This document shows positions 46,529 to 56,795 of a stretch of 64,000 nucleotides of DNA, piece after piece. The notes beneath the pieces were generated by a model. That model did no database searches. It was given only the letters and a program-made list of their open reading frames with translations, and was not told where the DNA came from. The DNA lies in contig JBGATI010000024.1 in assembly GCA_044229245.1 (NCBI GenBank), positions 21,047 to 85,046 on the forward strand, in the 5' to 3' direction. The stretch's first letter is position 1. Every line of letters starts with the position of its first letter. Source of the DNA: Gemmatimonadales bacterium (GTDB taxonomy: Bacteria > Gemmatimonadota > Gemmatimonadetes > Gemmatimonadales > GWC2-71-9). The translations under genes were made by a program, and so were the position numbers.

Positions 46529-47517
46529 GCCACCTCGGCGACGGATCGCGCGGTGGACAGATACCCGGAGAAGATCGCCTCGGCCTCCGCCATGGTCTCG
46601 ACCTGGAAGAGACGGGCACGAAGATCACTCGCGCCGTGCAGTCCCTTGGTGTACCAGCCGAAGTGCTTGCGGAACTCGATGACCGTCCGGCGGCTGTCGC
46701 CCTGGAGCCGGATCGCCAGCCGGGCGTGTTCGAGCGCGATCCGGAAGCGCTCGGTCGCGCTGGGGACCGGGGGACGATCCCTTCCCGCGAGCAGCGCCTG
46801 CGCGTCCCGGAACAGCCACGGATTGCCGAACGCGCCGCGTCCCACCATCACGCCGGCACAGCCGGTGTGGCGCACCATGCGGACGACGTCGTCTGCCGTC
46901 TGGATGTCGCCGTTCCCGATCACGGGAATGTCCAGCGCCTCCACGACCCTCGCGATCTCATCCCAGTTCGCCTTGCCGCTGAACATCTGGGTCCGGGTGC
47001 GCGCGTGCAGGGTGAAGGCCGCGGCGCCAGCATCCTGCATCCGGAGGGCGATGCCGACCGGGTCGCGTCGCTCGTCATTCCACCCGCTGCGTGTCTTCAC
47101 CGTCACGGGCAGATGGGTGGCAGCGATGCAGCTCCGGATGATCTGTTCGACCAGTGCCAGGTCGCGCAGACACCCCGACCCACCGTTCCGCTGCACGACC
47201 TTCTTCACCGGACAGCCGAAATTGATGTCGATGAATTCCGGCCGGTAATGCTCCGTGATGAGCGCGGTGGCTTCGGCCATCGCCCGCGGATCGGCGCCGT
47301 AGATCTGGATGCCGATCGGCCGCTCCTGTTCCTCGAATTCCGCGCCCTCCAGCGTGTTCTTGATCCGGCGGCGAATCGCTTCGGAGCTCAGGAATTCGGA
47401 CACAACGACGTCGGCGCCCATGCTCCGGCAGATCTGCCGGAAGGGTGCTTCCGAGACGCCCGCCATCGGCGCGAGGAGGAGCGGGATATTGGGGCCGGGG
47501 TGATACGGTAACCGCAT
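46525..47517 (-). CDS. dusB: tRNA dihydrouridine synthase DusB
   Basis: LAPMAGVS, IDINFGCP, HART, IGNGDI, RKH..WY. Confidence 0.93.
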   Translation of the reverse strand: MRLPYHPGPNIPLLLAPMAGVSEAPFRQICRSMGADVVVSEFLSSEAIRRRIKNTLEGAEFEEQERPIGIQIYGADPRAMAEATALITEHYRPEFIDINFGCPVKKVVQRNGGSGCLRDLALVEQIIRSCIAATHLPVTVKTRSGWNDERRDPVGIALRMQDAGAAAFTLHARTRTQMFSGKANWDEIARVVEALDIPVIGNGDIQTADDVVRMVRHTGCAGVMVGRGAFGNPWLFRDAQALLAGRDRPPVPSATERFRIALEHARLAIRLQGDSRRTVIEFRKHFGWYTKGLHGASDLRARLFQVETMAEAEAIFSGYLSTARSVAEVA

Positions 47518-47523
47518 GGCAAC

Positions 47524-47559
47524 AAAATACTTGCGAGCGGGACCGACCACAAGTAATGT
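47524..47559. promoter_or_regulatory. Overlapping divergent sigma70 promoters
   Basis: Plus: TTGCGA-N17-TAATGT; minus: TTGTGG-N17-TATTTT. Confidence 0.6.
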
Positions 47560-47568
47560 TCCGCACCC

Positions 47569-48021
47569 ATGTCACTTCGCGATTTCTTCGAGGCGCAATC
47601 CCTGGCGCTGCCGCTCCAGGCCACATCCGCCGAACAGGTTCTGCCGGAGCTGGTCCACCTGCTGCACCTCGACGAGCGCGCGAGCGCGACGCTGCTCAAG
47701 GTGCTGGCACGCCGCGAGGAGCTCGGCTCAACCGGCGTGGGCCGCGGCATTGCCATTCCGCACTCCCGCTCGCTGGTGGTAAACCGGGTGCGTCTGGCCT
47801 ACGCCCACTCCCCCGCGGGCATCAGCTGGCGCGCCCTCGACGACCGCCCCGTGCATCACTTCTTCCTGATCGCCGCTCCGCCGATCGAGGTGAGCAACCA
47901 GTACCTGCCGGTGCTGGGAAAGATCGCCACCTTCGCCAAGGATGCGGATGTGCCGGAGCGCCTCTCCCGGGTGAAGACCCCCGAGGAGTTTTTTGCCCTG
48001 CTCGCGGAGAAGGGTGTCTGA
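47569..48021 (+). CDS. PTS IIA (Ntr/Fru-type) domain protein
   Basis: RE.LGSTG.G.GIAIPH. Confidence 0.9.
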   Translation: MSLRDFFEAQSLALPLQATSAEQVLPELVHLLHLDERASATLLKVLARREELGSTGVGRGIAIPHSRSLVVNRVRLAYAHSPAGISWRALDDRPVHHFFLIAAPPIEVSNQYLPVLGKIATFAKDADVPERLSRVKTPEEFFALLAEKGV

Positions 48022-48045
48022 AGCTGGTCCGGTTCGCCTGACGAG

Positions 48046-48071
48046 AACGGGGGCCCCTCGGGCCCCCGTTT
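48046..48071. terminator. Bidirectional terminator
   Basis: AACGGGGGCCC-CTC-GGGCCCCCGTTT between convergent genes. Confidence 0.8.
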
Positions 48072-48072
48072 G

Positions 48073-49629
48073 CTATTCCCACTCGATCGTGGCGGGTGGT
48101 TTCGAACTGACGTCGTACACCACGCGATTGACACCCACGACTTCGTTGGCGATCCGATTCGAGATCCGTGCCAGCACCTCCGGCGGGAAGGGATACCAGT
48201 CGGCGGTCATCCCGTCCCGGCTGGTCACCGCCCGGAGCCCGATCACCTGGTCGTAGCTGCGCTCGTCCCCCTGCACGCCCACTGAGCGGATCGGCAGCAG
48301 CACCGCGAAGGCCTGCCAGATGTCGTCGTAGAGGCCGGCGGCGCGGATCTCCTCGATGTAGATGTGATCGGCCTTCCGCAGCACGTCGAGCTGGCTGCGA
48401 TTCACATCCCCCAGGATCCGGATTGCGAGCCCGGGCCCCGGGAAGGGATGCCGGCCGACCATCTCCTCCGGCAATCCCAGCTCGCGCCCGACCTGGCGCA
48501 CCTCGTCCTTGAAGAGCTCCCGGAGCGGCTCGATGAGCTTGAAGGGAAGCTTCTCCGGCAGTCCACCGACGTTATGGTGCGTCTTGATGGTGACCGAGGG
48601 GCCGCCGAGTGGTGACATCGATTCGATCACGTCGGGGTAGAGCGTGCCCTGGACCAGGAAGCCGATGTCGTCGCCGACCTGGCGGGCCTCCTGCTCGAAC
48701 ACATCAATGAACGCGTGGCCGATCCGCTTGCGCTTGGTCTCGGGGTCGGTGACGTCCTTCAGGTCCGCGAGAAAGCGCTCGCTCGCGTCGACCACCCTGA
48801 GGTCAATGCCGTAGTGCCGCCGGAAGGTGTGCTCCACCTGCTCCCGCTCGTGCAGGCGCAGCAGCCCATGGTCGACAAAAATGCAGGTGAGCCGGTCCCC
48901 GACGGCGCGGTGCACCAGCACCGCAGCCACCGAGCTGTCGACGCCCCCGGACAGGCCGCAGATCACCCGGCGCTTCGTGCCCACCAGTTCCCGGATCCGG
49001 GCGATCTCCCCGTCGATGAAATGCCCCGGTGTCCAGTCCGGCACGCAGCCGCAGATCTCGAAGAGGAAGTTGTGCAGCATCTCCGCCCCGCGCGGCGTGT
49101 GGGCCACTTCCGGGTGGAACTGCACGCCGTAGAGCGGGCGACTGGCATGCTCGAAGGCGGCGACCGGCGCATTCACGCTCGAGGCCGTCACGGTATACCC
49201 CGGCGGCGCGATGTCGACGTGATCCCCATGGCTCATCCAGACCGGGGTCTCTTCACCGGCGCCGAAGCCGTGGAAGAGCTTGCCGCCGAGGGTCTGCACC
49301 ATGGCCCGGCCGTATTCCCGGCGATCGGCGCGCTCCACCTTGCCGCCCGACATCTGCGCCAGGAGCTGCATGCCGTAGCACAGTCCGAGGACCGGTGTCC
49401 CCAGGTCGAGCAGCGCCGGCTCGGCCGTGGGGACATTCTCGCCGTAGACCGAATTGGGGCCGCCGGAGAGGATGATGCCTTTCGGCTTCCACTCGCGAAT
49501 CCACTCGACGGTGCGTGAAGGGGGATGGATCTCACAGTAGACATGGGCTTCGCGCACCCGGCGCGCGATGAGCTGGGTATACTGGGATCCGAAATCGATG
49601 ATGAGGATGCCGTCGTGGTGCTTGGTCAC
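48073..49629 (-). CDS. guaA: GMP synthase
   Basis: [48 protein letters not shown]; start may be 49686. Confidence 0.97.
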   Translation of the reverse strand: MTKHHDGILIIDFGSQYTQLIARRVREAHVYCEIHPPSRTVEWIREWKPKGIILSGGPNSVYGENVPTAEPALLDLGTPVLGLCYGMQLLAQMSGGKVERADRREYGRAMVQTLGGKLFHGFGAGEETPVWMSHGDHVDIAPPGYTVTASSVNAPVAAFEHASRPLYGVQFHPEVAHTPRGAEMLHNFLFEICGCVPDWTPGHFIDGEIARIRELVGTKRRVICGLSGGVDSSVAAVLVHRAVGDRLTCIFVDHGLLRLHEREQVEHTFRRHYGIDLRVVDASERFLADLKDVTDPETKRKRIGHAFIDVFEQEARQVGDDIGFLVQGTLYPDVIESMSPLGGPSVTIKTHHNVGGLPEKLPFKLIEPLRELFKDEVRQVGRELGLPEEMVGRHPFPGPGLAIRILGDVNRSQLDVLRKADHIYIEEIRAAGLYDDIWQAFAVLLPIRSVGVQGDERSYDQVIGLRAVTSRDGMTADWYPFPPEVLARISNRIANEVVGVNRVVYDVSSKPPATIEWE

Positions 49630-49696
49630 GCGTGTCCCTCTCTCCGCCTGCCGTTGACGCGCACCGTCGAGTGCGCGTGTTGCCATGCCGGGAGGG

Positions 49697-51016
49697 CTAC
49701 CCTACCCAGCTCGGCTCCGGGGTCTCCCCGGCGTACAAGTCTTCCACCCGTTCGCGCGGGCGCACGATGGCCCAGCGCCCTCCGTCCACCATGGCTTCCG
49801 CCGGTCTGGGCCTGCCGTTGTACGTCGAGGCCATCACGAATCCGTAGGCGCCCGCCCCGAGTACCGCGAGCTGGTCGCCCGCCGCGACGCCCGGAAGGAT
49901 CCGGTCACGCGCGAGAAAGTCGCCCGTCTCGCAGACCGGACCGACGATGTCGACGATCGACTCGGGACGGTGCCGGGATTCCAGCTCCACGATCTCGTGA
50001 TAGGCCATGTAGTGACTGGGCCGCACCAGATCGTTCATACCGGCGTCCACCAGAACGAGCTCCTTGCCACCCGAGTGCTTTCGGGAGAGCACGGTCGTGA
50101 GCAGCAGGCCGGCGCTCCCGACCAGATACCGGCCCGGCTCGAGCACGAGGGTGAGCCCCGTCTCGCGCGCCAGCGGCAGCACAGCCTCGGCAAACCGCTC
50201 GGGAGAGAGCGGCTGTTCATCGCGGTACCGGATCCCCAGGCCCCCACCGATGTCCAGGTTCTCGAGCGTATCCACGCCGGCGGCCCGCAGCCGTTGCACC
50301 AGGCCGATCAGCTTGGTCACGCCCTCCCGGTAGGGTGCCGTATCGAGGATCTGGCTGCCGATGTGCATCGCGATACTGTCGAGCCGGAGCCGCGGGTGCT
50401 GGTGCACCGCGACCGCCAGGTCGAGGACCTGATCGAATGGCACCCCGAACTTGATGCCGCCCTGCCCCGTGGCGATGTAGGGGTGGGTCTCCGCCGTCAC
50501 ATCGGGATTGACCCGGATGCCGATCGAGACCTGCCGGCCGAGCCGCTCCGCGATCGCACCGAGCTTGGAGAGTTCGTCGGCGGACTCGAGATGGATATGT
50601 CCGACGCCGGCGAGTAGTGCGGCCTCGAGCTCGGCGGGTGACTTCCCCACTCCGCTGAACACGATCCGGCTGGCCGGATACCCGGACGCGATGACCCGGC
50701 GCATCTCCCCGCCGGACACGATATCCGCCCCGGCACCGAGATCGCGGAAGACCCGGAGGACGGCCAGATTGCTGTTGGCTTTCACCGCGAAGCAGATACG
50801 GTGTGGAATCGCGCCCAGCGCGGCGTCGAGTTCGCGATACTGCCGGCGAATGGTCTCTGCGTTGTAGATGTAGGTCGGTGTCCCGGCGGCCGCCGCGACA
50901 TCGGAGAGGCGAACTCCGCCGAAGTGGAGCACGCCGTTGCGCCGCTCGAGTCCCGCGTCGGCGAACAGCAGCCCCTGGTCGGCGACGCGACCGCCGGTCA
51001 GTACGCCCGTGCCCAC
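49697..51016 (-). CDS. lysA: Diaminopimelate decarboxylase
   Basis: [36 protein letters not shown]. Confidence 0.95.
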   Translation of the reverse strand: MGTGVLTGGRVADQGLLFADAGLERRNGVLHFGGVRLSDVAAAAGTPTYIYNAETIRRQYRELDAALGAIPHRICFAVKANSNLAVLRVFRDLGAGADIVSGGEMRRVIASGYPASRIVFSGVGKSPAELEAALLAGVGHIHLESADELSKLGAIAERLGRQVSIGIRVNPDVTAETHPYIATGQGGIKFGVPFDQVLDLAVAVHQHPRLRLDSIAMHIGSQILDTAPYREGVTKLIGLVQRLRAAGVDTLENLDIGGGLGIRYRDEQPLSPERFAEAVLPLARETGLTLVLEPGRYLVGSAGLLLTTVLSRKHSGGKELVLVDAGMNDLVRPSHYMAYHEIVELESRHRPESIVDIVGPVCETGDFLARDRILPGVAAGDQLAVLGAGAYGFVMASTYNGRPRPAEAMVDGGRWAIVRPRERVEDLYAGETPEPSWVG

Positions 51017-52446
51017 ACGGCCTCCGCCACGGAGGGACGGCCGCACCACATGCAGGTCGTGGGCGCCTCCGGCGAGCGAAACTCCTCGTCCGGCAGACAG
51101 CGGATCGTCGCCTTGGTCTGTTCCTTGATGTCCGCCTCACACTTCGCGTCCCCGCACCAGCCGCCGTAGGCGAATCCGCCGTCGCGTTCCAGAAAATCAA
51201 GGAACGAGGCCTTGGTGATGCCGCGGATGCTGTTCCGCTCCCGGCGGGCCCGCGCGGCCTCGAGCAGTTCGAGCTGCATCGCATCCATCTCGATGCGCAG
51301 CGAGTGCGCCAGTCCCTGCGTCGGGAAAGGCATCTTCTTGCCACCGGTGCGCCGGGCCAGCATGACGGTCCCGCCGGCCACATCCCTGGGGCCGATCTCC
51401 AGGCGGAACGGGACCCCCCGTCCCTCCCACTCGTAGTACTTCGCGCCGGGCTTGATGCCGTCGCGGGCATCGAGGTGCGCGCGGATGCCGCCGTTCTTGA
51501 GTTCGCGGAGCACATGGCCCGCCGCCTCGAGGACGGTCGCCCGCTCGGCATCACTCTTGTAGATCGGCACGATGACACACTGATACTGCGCCAGCCGGGG
51601 CGGCGTGATGATGCCGCTGTCATCGCCATGCATCATCACGAGGGCACCCACGAGCCGCGTGGACACCCCCCACGAGGTGTTCCACACATACTCCAGCGCG
51701 CCCTCCGCACTCTGGAAGTTCACCTGGAACGCCTTGGCGAAGTTCTGGCCGAGGTTATGGCTCGTGCCGGCCTGCAGCGCCTTGTTGTCCTGCATCAGCG
51801 CTTCGATGCAGTAAGTGCGCAGGGCGCCGGCGAAGCGCTCGCTGTCGGTCTTCCGGCCGGTCAGCACCGGCATCGCCATGTACTCTTCCGCGAAGGTCCG
51901 GTACGTCTTCAGGATCTTGAGGGTGAAGGCCTCGGCGTCGGCTTCATCGACATGGGCCGTATGACCCTCCTGCCAGAGAAACTCCGCAGTCCGGAGGAAG
52001 AGGCGCGTGCGCATCTCCCAGCGGAGCACGTTGCACCACTGGTTCATCAGCAGCGGCAGATCGCGGTAGCTCTGGATCCACTTGGCGTACATCGAGTAGA
52101 TGATCGTCTCCGAGGTGGGACGGATCACCAGCGGCTCCTCGAGCACCTTGCCGCCGCCGATGGTGACGACGGCCAGTTCCGGCGCGAACCCCTCGACATG
52201 CTCTGCCTCCTTCGCCAGGAAGCTCTGCGGAATGAGCAGCGGGAAGTAGGCATTCTGGACCCCGTGGTCCTTGAACATGTCGTCGAGGGCACGCTGCATC
52301 TGCTCCCAGATGGCGTACCCGTTGGGACGGATGACCATGCAGCCGCGGACCGGGCTGTAGTCGGCGAGTTCCGCCCGCATGATCACTTCGTTGTACCAGG
52401 CGCTGAAGTCCTGGGCACGGGTCGTAAGAGCCTTGTCGTCAGCCAT
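50998..52446 (-). CDS. proS: Prolyl-tRNA synthetase (archaeal/eukaryotic type)
   Basis: DFS.WY, HVEGFAPE, RPTSET, FLRT.EFLWQEGHT, C-terminal ARAY. Confidence 0.96.
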   Translation of the reverse strand: MADDKALTTRAQDFSAWYNEVIMRAELADYSPVRGCMVIRPNGYAIWEQMQRALDDMFKDHGVQNAYFPLLIPQSFLAKEAEHVEGFAPELAVVTIGGGKVLEEPLVIRPTSETIIYSMYAKWIQSYRDLPLLMNQWCNVLRWEMRTRLFLRTAEFLWQEGHTAHVDEADAEAFTLKILKTYRTFAEEYMAMPVLTGRKTDSERFAGALRTYCIEALMQDNKALQAGTSHNLGQNFAKAFQVNFQSAEGALEYVWNTSWGVSTRLVGALVMMHGDDSGIITPPRLAQYQCVIVPIYKSDAERATVLEAAGHVLRELKNGGIRAHLDARDGIKPGAKYYEWEGRGVPFRLEIGPRDVAGGTVMLARRTGGKKMPFPTQGLAHSLRIEMDAMQLELLEAARARRERNSIRGITKASFLDFLERDGGFAYGGWCGDAKCEADIKEQTKATIRCLPDEEFRSPEAPTTCMWCGRPSVAEAVWARAY

Positions 52447-52467
52447 CGGATGCCAGTCGGTCAGAGG

Positions 52468-53772
52468 TCATGGAGCGAGCGCCGTCCTCAGCTCGGCACC
52501 GAGCGCCGAGGCCGGGACCGCGCGCTGAGTCTTGGCGCGAAGATCCTTCACCTGCACTTCGCCGCGGGCCCGGTCATCCGGGCCGATGACGATGGCAAAC
52601 GCGGCCTTGCGCGCGTCCGCCAGTTTGAGCTGCTTGCCCACGCCGTCGGCCCGGAGCGCGAACTCCACCCGGATACCTGCATCACGCAGGTCGTGCGCGA
52701 CGTGCAGGACGTACGGGAGGTCGTCCTCGGTGACCCCAGCCACGAAGGCATCGATGGACGGCTCCACCGGCGGCGCGAGCCCCCGCTCCTTGAGCAGTTC
52801 GCCGAGCACCACGTCCCCGATCGCGAAGCCCACCGCGGGGAGATCGACACCGCCAAGCAGGTCGAGCAGGCCATCGTAGCGGCCACCGCCGGCGATCGCG
52901 CGGAGCGTCCTGCCGGCGTCGAACAGCTCGAAGACGGTGCCGGTGTAATAGGCGAGGCCGCGGACAATCGTCAGATCGACGTCCAGGAACCCGCCGAGGC
53001 CCATCGCCTCGAGGGCATCCAGTGTCGCGCGGAAGGGGGCGCCGGCGGCGGCACCCTCTGGCAGCTGCGCGAGCGCGGCGGCAACAGCCGGCCAGCCTCG
53101 CAGCGAGGCGACCTCGATGAGCCGCGCTCCAACGCCCGGACCGAACCTCGCGTCGGTCCCGTTCCGGAGCTCGGCGAGCTGCTCCGGCTTCATCCGCTCC
53201 AGCTTGTCGATGACGCCATAGGCGGTCGACAGCTGATCCGGTCCGACGCCGGCGCCCAGCAGGAGCGCCTGCAGCACCCGGCGATCGGAGAGCCGGACCC
53301 GGACCGAGTCTGCGCCCAGCCCGAACCCGCGCATCATGTCGATCGCCAGCGCGATCATCTCGGCGTCGGCGAGCGGCCCCGGCTCTCCGATCAGATCGCA
53401 GTTGAGCTGGTAGAACTCCTTCAGGCGTCCCTTCTGTTGCCGCTCGTACCGGAACATCTGGCCGATCGAGAACCAGCGGATCGGCTTCTTCATCCCGCCC
53501 GCCCGGGCCGCGACCATCCGCGCCACCGTCGGCGTCAGCTCGGGACGGAGCGAAACCTCACGGCCGCCCTTGTCGACGAAATTGTACAGCTGGCCGACGA
53601 TCTCCTCGCCGCTTTTCGCGGTGTAGAGTTCCAGCGGCTCGAGTGGGGGCCCGTCGAATTCCTCGAAGCCATAGCGGCCCGCGACTCGGCGCCACGCTTC
53701 GAAGATGTAGTTCCGGAAGGCGAGTTCGGCGGGATAGAAGTCCCGAAAGCCCGGCAGGGGCTGGGTGTTCAT
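52468..53772 (-). CDS. hisS: Histidyl-tRNA synthetase
   Basis: GFRDFYP, LRPELTP, FRYER.Q.GR..EF.Q, RGLAYYTG, GGGRYD. Confidence 0.96.
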   Translation of the reverse strand: MNTQPLPGFRDFYPAELAFRNYIFEAWRRVAGRYGFEEFDGPPLEPLELYTAKSGEEIVGQLYNFVDKGGREVSLRPELTPTVARMVAARAGGMKKPIRWFSIGQMFRYERQQKGRLKEFYQLNCDLIGEPGPLADAEMIALAIDMMRGFGLGADSVRVRLSDRRVLQALLLGAGVGPDQLSTAYGVIDKLERMKPEQLAELRNGTDARFGPGVGARLIEVASLRGWPAVAAALAQLPEGAAAGAPFRATLDALEAMGLGGFLDVDLTIVRGLAYYTGTVFELFDAGRTLRAIAGGGRYDGLLDLLGGVDLPAVGFAIGDVVLGELLKERGLAPPVEPSIDAFVAGVTEDDLPYVLHVAHDLRDAGIRVEFALRADGVGKQLKLADARKAAFAIVIGPDDRARGEVQVKDLRAKTQRAVPASALGAELRTALAP

Positions 53773-53823
53773 AGGGGCGGAAAATAGCCCACCCCGTCAC
53801 ACCAGACTACCCCGTGGATCGCG

Positions 53824-55038
53824 CTACGGCTCCATCCCGAGCGCCGCCATCACATCACCCACCGTGTGGAACGAACCGGTGACGAGGACGGTACCCGCCC
53901 CCTCCTGGACCTCGCGGAGCGCCGCCACGAAATCCGGGGTCAGCGTCCACCGGGCGCGCGCCGGGACCCGCCGGGAGTCCCGGATCCATGCGTCGAGCCA
54001 ATCCATGTCCCATTTCCGGCCGGCGGCGGTCGGCGCCACCGTCAGGACGCCCCGATCCACCGTTTCATCGAGTCGAAGCAGCATTTCGGGCCAGGCCTTG
54101 TCCCCCAGGATCGAGACCAGCGCATGGAGCGGTCGCGGAACCCGGGCCGCCTCCAGCGCCTCACGCAGGGCCGTCATGCCATCCGGATTGTGCGCCACGT
54201 CGAACAGCCACTTGCCCCGGCGGTCGAACCGGCCGGCGATCTTCGCCCGCGCGAAGCCCCGCTCGATGCTCGCACGATCGGGACGGTACCGGGCGGGGAG
54301 CGCCATCAGGATGCCGTGGGCGACGGCGGCATTCCGGCGCTGAAACGGGCCTGACAGTCCAAGGGGCCCGGGCCAGCGATAGTCCGCGGGGAGTACTCCG
54401 ATCCGCGCGCCGGCAGCGCGCGCCACCGTGCGGATCTCGTCGATGAGTGCGGGATCGGTCTCGCCAACGATGAACGGAACGCCGCGCTTCGCGATCGCGG
54501 CCTTCTCGCGGGCGATCTGCTCCAGTGTGTCGCCGAGATACTTCATGTGATCGCGAGCGATCTTCGTCACCCCGCTCACGAGCGGCGTGAGCACGTTGGT
54601 GCTGTCGAGGCGGCCGCCCAGCCCGACCTCGACCACCGCGATGTCGACCCCACGCGCGGCGAAGTCGGCGAACGCGATCACGGTGGTGGCCTCGAAGAAG
54701 GTCGCGTTGCGGGCCCGAATCAGGGGCTGCAGCCGCTCGGTCCAGGCCGCGACCGCCGCCTCCGAGATCGGGACCCCGTCCACCAGCATGCGCTCGCGGA
54801 ACGAGACCAGATGCGGCGAGGTGTAGAGTCCCACCCGAAGCCCCATTTCGCGCAGCGCCTCGGCGACCAGCGTCGACACGCTGCCCTTGCCGTTGGTCCC
54901 GCCGATATGGATCGTCGGATAGACGCACTGGGGATCGCCCACATCGGCCAGCAGCGCGAGCGTCGTCTCCAGCCCGAACTTGATCGTGGTCGTCCGGGGA
55001 AAGAGAAACTCGAGTGCCGCGTCGTAGCTGAGAGCCAA
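53824..55038 (-). CDS. folC: Folylpolyglutamate/dihydrofolate synthase
   Basis: HIGGTNGKGS, YTSPHL...ER, EVGLGGRLDSTN, DVAHN. Confidence 0.95.
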   Translation of the reverse strand: MALSYDAALEFLFPRTTTIKFGLETTLALLADVGDPQCVYPTIHIGGTNGKGSVSTLVAEALREMGLRVGLYTSPHLVSFRERMLVDGVPISEAAVAAWTERLQPLIRARNATFFEATTVIAFADFAARGVDIAVVEVGLGGRLDSTNVLTPLVSGVTKIARDHMKYLGDTLEQIAREKAAIAKRGVPFIVGETDPALIDEIRTVARAAGARIGVLPADYRWPGPLGLSGPFQRRNAAVAHGILMALPARYRPDRASIERGFARAKIAGRFDRRGKWLFDVAHNPDGMTALREALEAARVPRPLHALVSILGDKAWPEMLLRLDETVDRGVLTVAPTAAGRKWDMDWLDAWIRDSRRVPARARWTLTPDFVAALREVQEGAGTVLVTGSFHTVGDVMAALGMEP

Positions 55039-55124
55039 GGGAAGGATCGCTGCGCAAGTGTCAGGGGTGGTGTAGCTTTAGCGCCCGGGCCAATACGACA
55101 CCGAGCAACCTACCGACTCCACTC

Positions 55125-55670
55125 ATGGGCCGCTACACCGCGCTTCCCGACCCCTTCGTGCAGGAGCTGCTGGCCATTCCCGGCTTCCGCGAACTGACGG
55201 AGGGCTTCTCGCTCTGCCCCGAGTGCGAGCGCTGCGAGCGGAGCCTCGTCTATCTGACACCGGCCGAACAGCGCGCCGCGCGGGAGCTCGAGCTCTCGCT
55301 CTACGGCAAGGGCTCCGCCACTCGGCTCAACCGGAAGGGCTGCCGGTGCCCCTTCTACGAGGGCGCTGCGGCGGGCTGTCGCATCTACCAGGACCGCCCC
55401 CTCATCTGCCATCTCTTTCCCCTCGACATCATCGAGCATGAGGAGGATGAGACCTACTGGTGGGTCCTCTTCGGGGCGTGCGAGGAGGTGGCCCGCGGCA
55501 AGCTGGTCGGTCGGGTGGAAGAAGCCCGGGTCCTGGCCCGGGAGATCGACCGGCGGATGCCTGACGAACTGCGCCGCTCCTTCATGGCGGATGCGGATGC
55601 CGCGGTCTTCGAGCCGGTCTTCTACGAGCACCCGATCCACTACCTGCTGCCGCTCACCCCGGCACGCTGA
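55125..55670 (+). CDS. YkgJ family Cys-cluster protein
   Basis: CPECERC, CPF...C.IY..RP..C..FP. Confidence 0.8.
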   Translation: MGRYTALPDPFVQELLAIPGFRELTEGFSLCPECERCERSLVYLTPAEQRAARELELSLYGKGSATRLNRKGCRCPFYEGAAAGCRIYQDRPLICHLFPLDIIEHEEDETYWWVLFGACEEVARGKLVGRVEEARVLAREIDRRMPDELRRSFMADADAAVFEPVFYEHPIHYLLPLTPAR

Positions 55671-55765
55671 TCCGCCGGGTCAGCGGGTCGTCGAGCGCCC
55701 CGCTGCGGCGTGCCGCGGGCCTCGGCCCAGAGCCCCTCCCCAACGTCACAGCCCCTGAAACAGAC

Positions 55766-55793
55766 ATGCCCCTGCCGGTCTCGGCAGGGGCAT
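55766..55793. terminator. Hairpin between convergent YkgJ and accD
   Basis: 12-bp perfect IR ATGCCCCTGCCG-GTCT-CGGCAGGGGCAT. Confidence 0.7.
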
Positions 55794-55821
55794 CGATGAT
55801 CACGCGCTGGCAGGGGAGGCT

Positions 55822-56682
55822 CTACTCCGCCGGTTCTTCCGCCAGTCGCTGTCCGCGCATGTGCCGGAGCAGACGGGCAGTCGTCTCCCGGAGCGACGCG
55901 CGGGGGACGACGTCGTCGATCTGCCCCTTTTCCAGCAGGAACTCCGCCGTCTGGAACCCCTCCGGCAGGTCCTGACCGATCGTCTGCTTGATCACTCGCT
56001 GGCCCGCGAAGCCGATGACCGCGCCCGGCTCCGCGAGGATCACATCCCCCTGCATCGCGAAGGAGGCCGAGACGCCACCCGTGGTCGGATTGGTGAGAAT
56101 GGAGATGTACGGCACGGAAAGGTGGTACAGCTGCGCGATCGCGGCAGAGGTCTTGGCCATCTGCATCAGGGAGAAGACTCCCTCCTGCATCCGGGCACCG
56201 CCGGAGGTGCAGACCAGCACCATCGGAATCCGCTTTTCAGCCGAACGCCGCGCGAGTCGGGCGATCTTCTCTCCGACTACTGAGCCCATCGACCCGCCCA
56301 TGAAGGCGAAGTTCATCACACCCAGGTGCAGCGGCGCACCCTCCAGCTTGCCGGAGCCGGTGAAGATGGCATCGGACGTGCCGACCTTCTTCTGTGAGGC
56401 GGCCAGACGCTGGGGATAGTGCTCGAAATTCAGCGGATCGGCGGAGCGCAGATTCGCGTACAGCTCCCGCCAGGTTCCGTCGTCCGTCAGCAGCTCGATG
56501 TACTCTTCCGCCGTGAAGCGGCGATGGTGCCCGCACTCCGGGCAGACGTTCAGGACCCGCTCAAACTTCTCCCGGATATCGACGTGCCCGCAGGTATCGC
56601 ACTTCTCCCATGCGTCGGGGGGTATCTCGAGGCGCTCCCGCACGGACGGGCGGGGCTTCCTCTCTTTTTTGAACCATGCCAT
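55822..56682 (-). CDS. accD: Acetyl-CoA carboxylase carboxyltransferase beta
   Basis: W.KC..C...CP.C Zn finger, FMGGSMGSVVGEK, SGGARMQEG, FQTAEFL. Confidence 0.96.
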   Translation of the reverse strand: MAWFKKERKPRPSVRERLEIPPDAWEKCDTCGHVDIREKFERVLNVCPECGHHRRFTAEEYIELLTDDGTWRELYANLRSADPLNFEHYPQRLAASQKKVGTSDAIFTGSGKLEGAPLHLGVMNFAFMGGSMGSVVGEKIARLARRSAEKRIPMVLVCTSGGARMQEGVFSLMQMAKTSAAIAQLYHLSVPYISILTNPTTGGVSASFAMQGDVILAEPGAVIGFAGQRVIKQTIGQDLPEGFQTAEFLLEKGQIDDVVPRASLRETTARLLRHMRGQRLAEEPAE

Positions 56683-56795
56683 GACGGCCATATGGGTTCA
56701 GGGAGAGATGTGAGGCTGACTTCAGGGCCACTTCAGGATCACACAATTTGGGCAGAGAGGCCCCCCCGCGCTAGACCCCGACAGCTAAGCCATTG

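Noticed and set aside
50803-53787. 994-aa plus-strand ORF
   Set aside because: Antisense shadow of proS/hisS caused by high GC3; no domain motifs.
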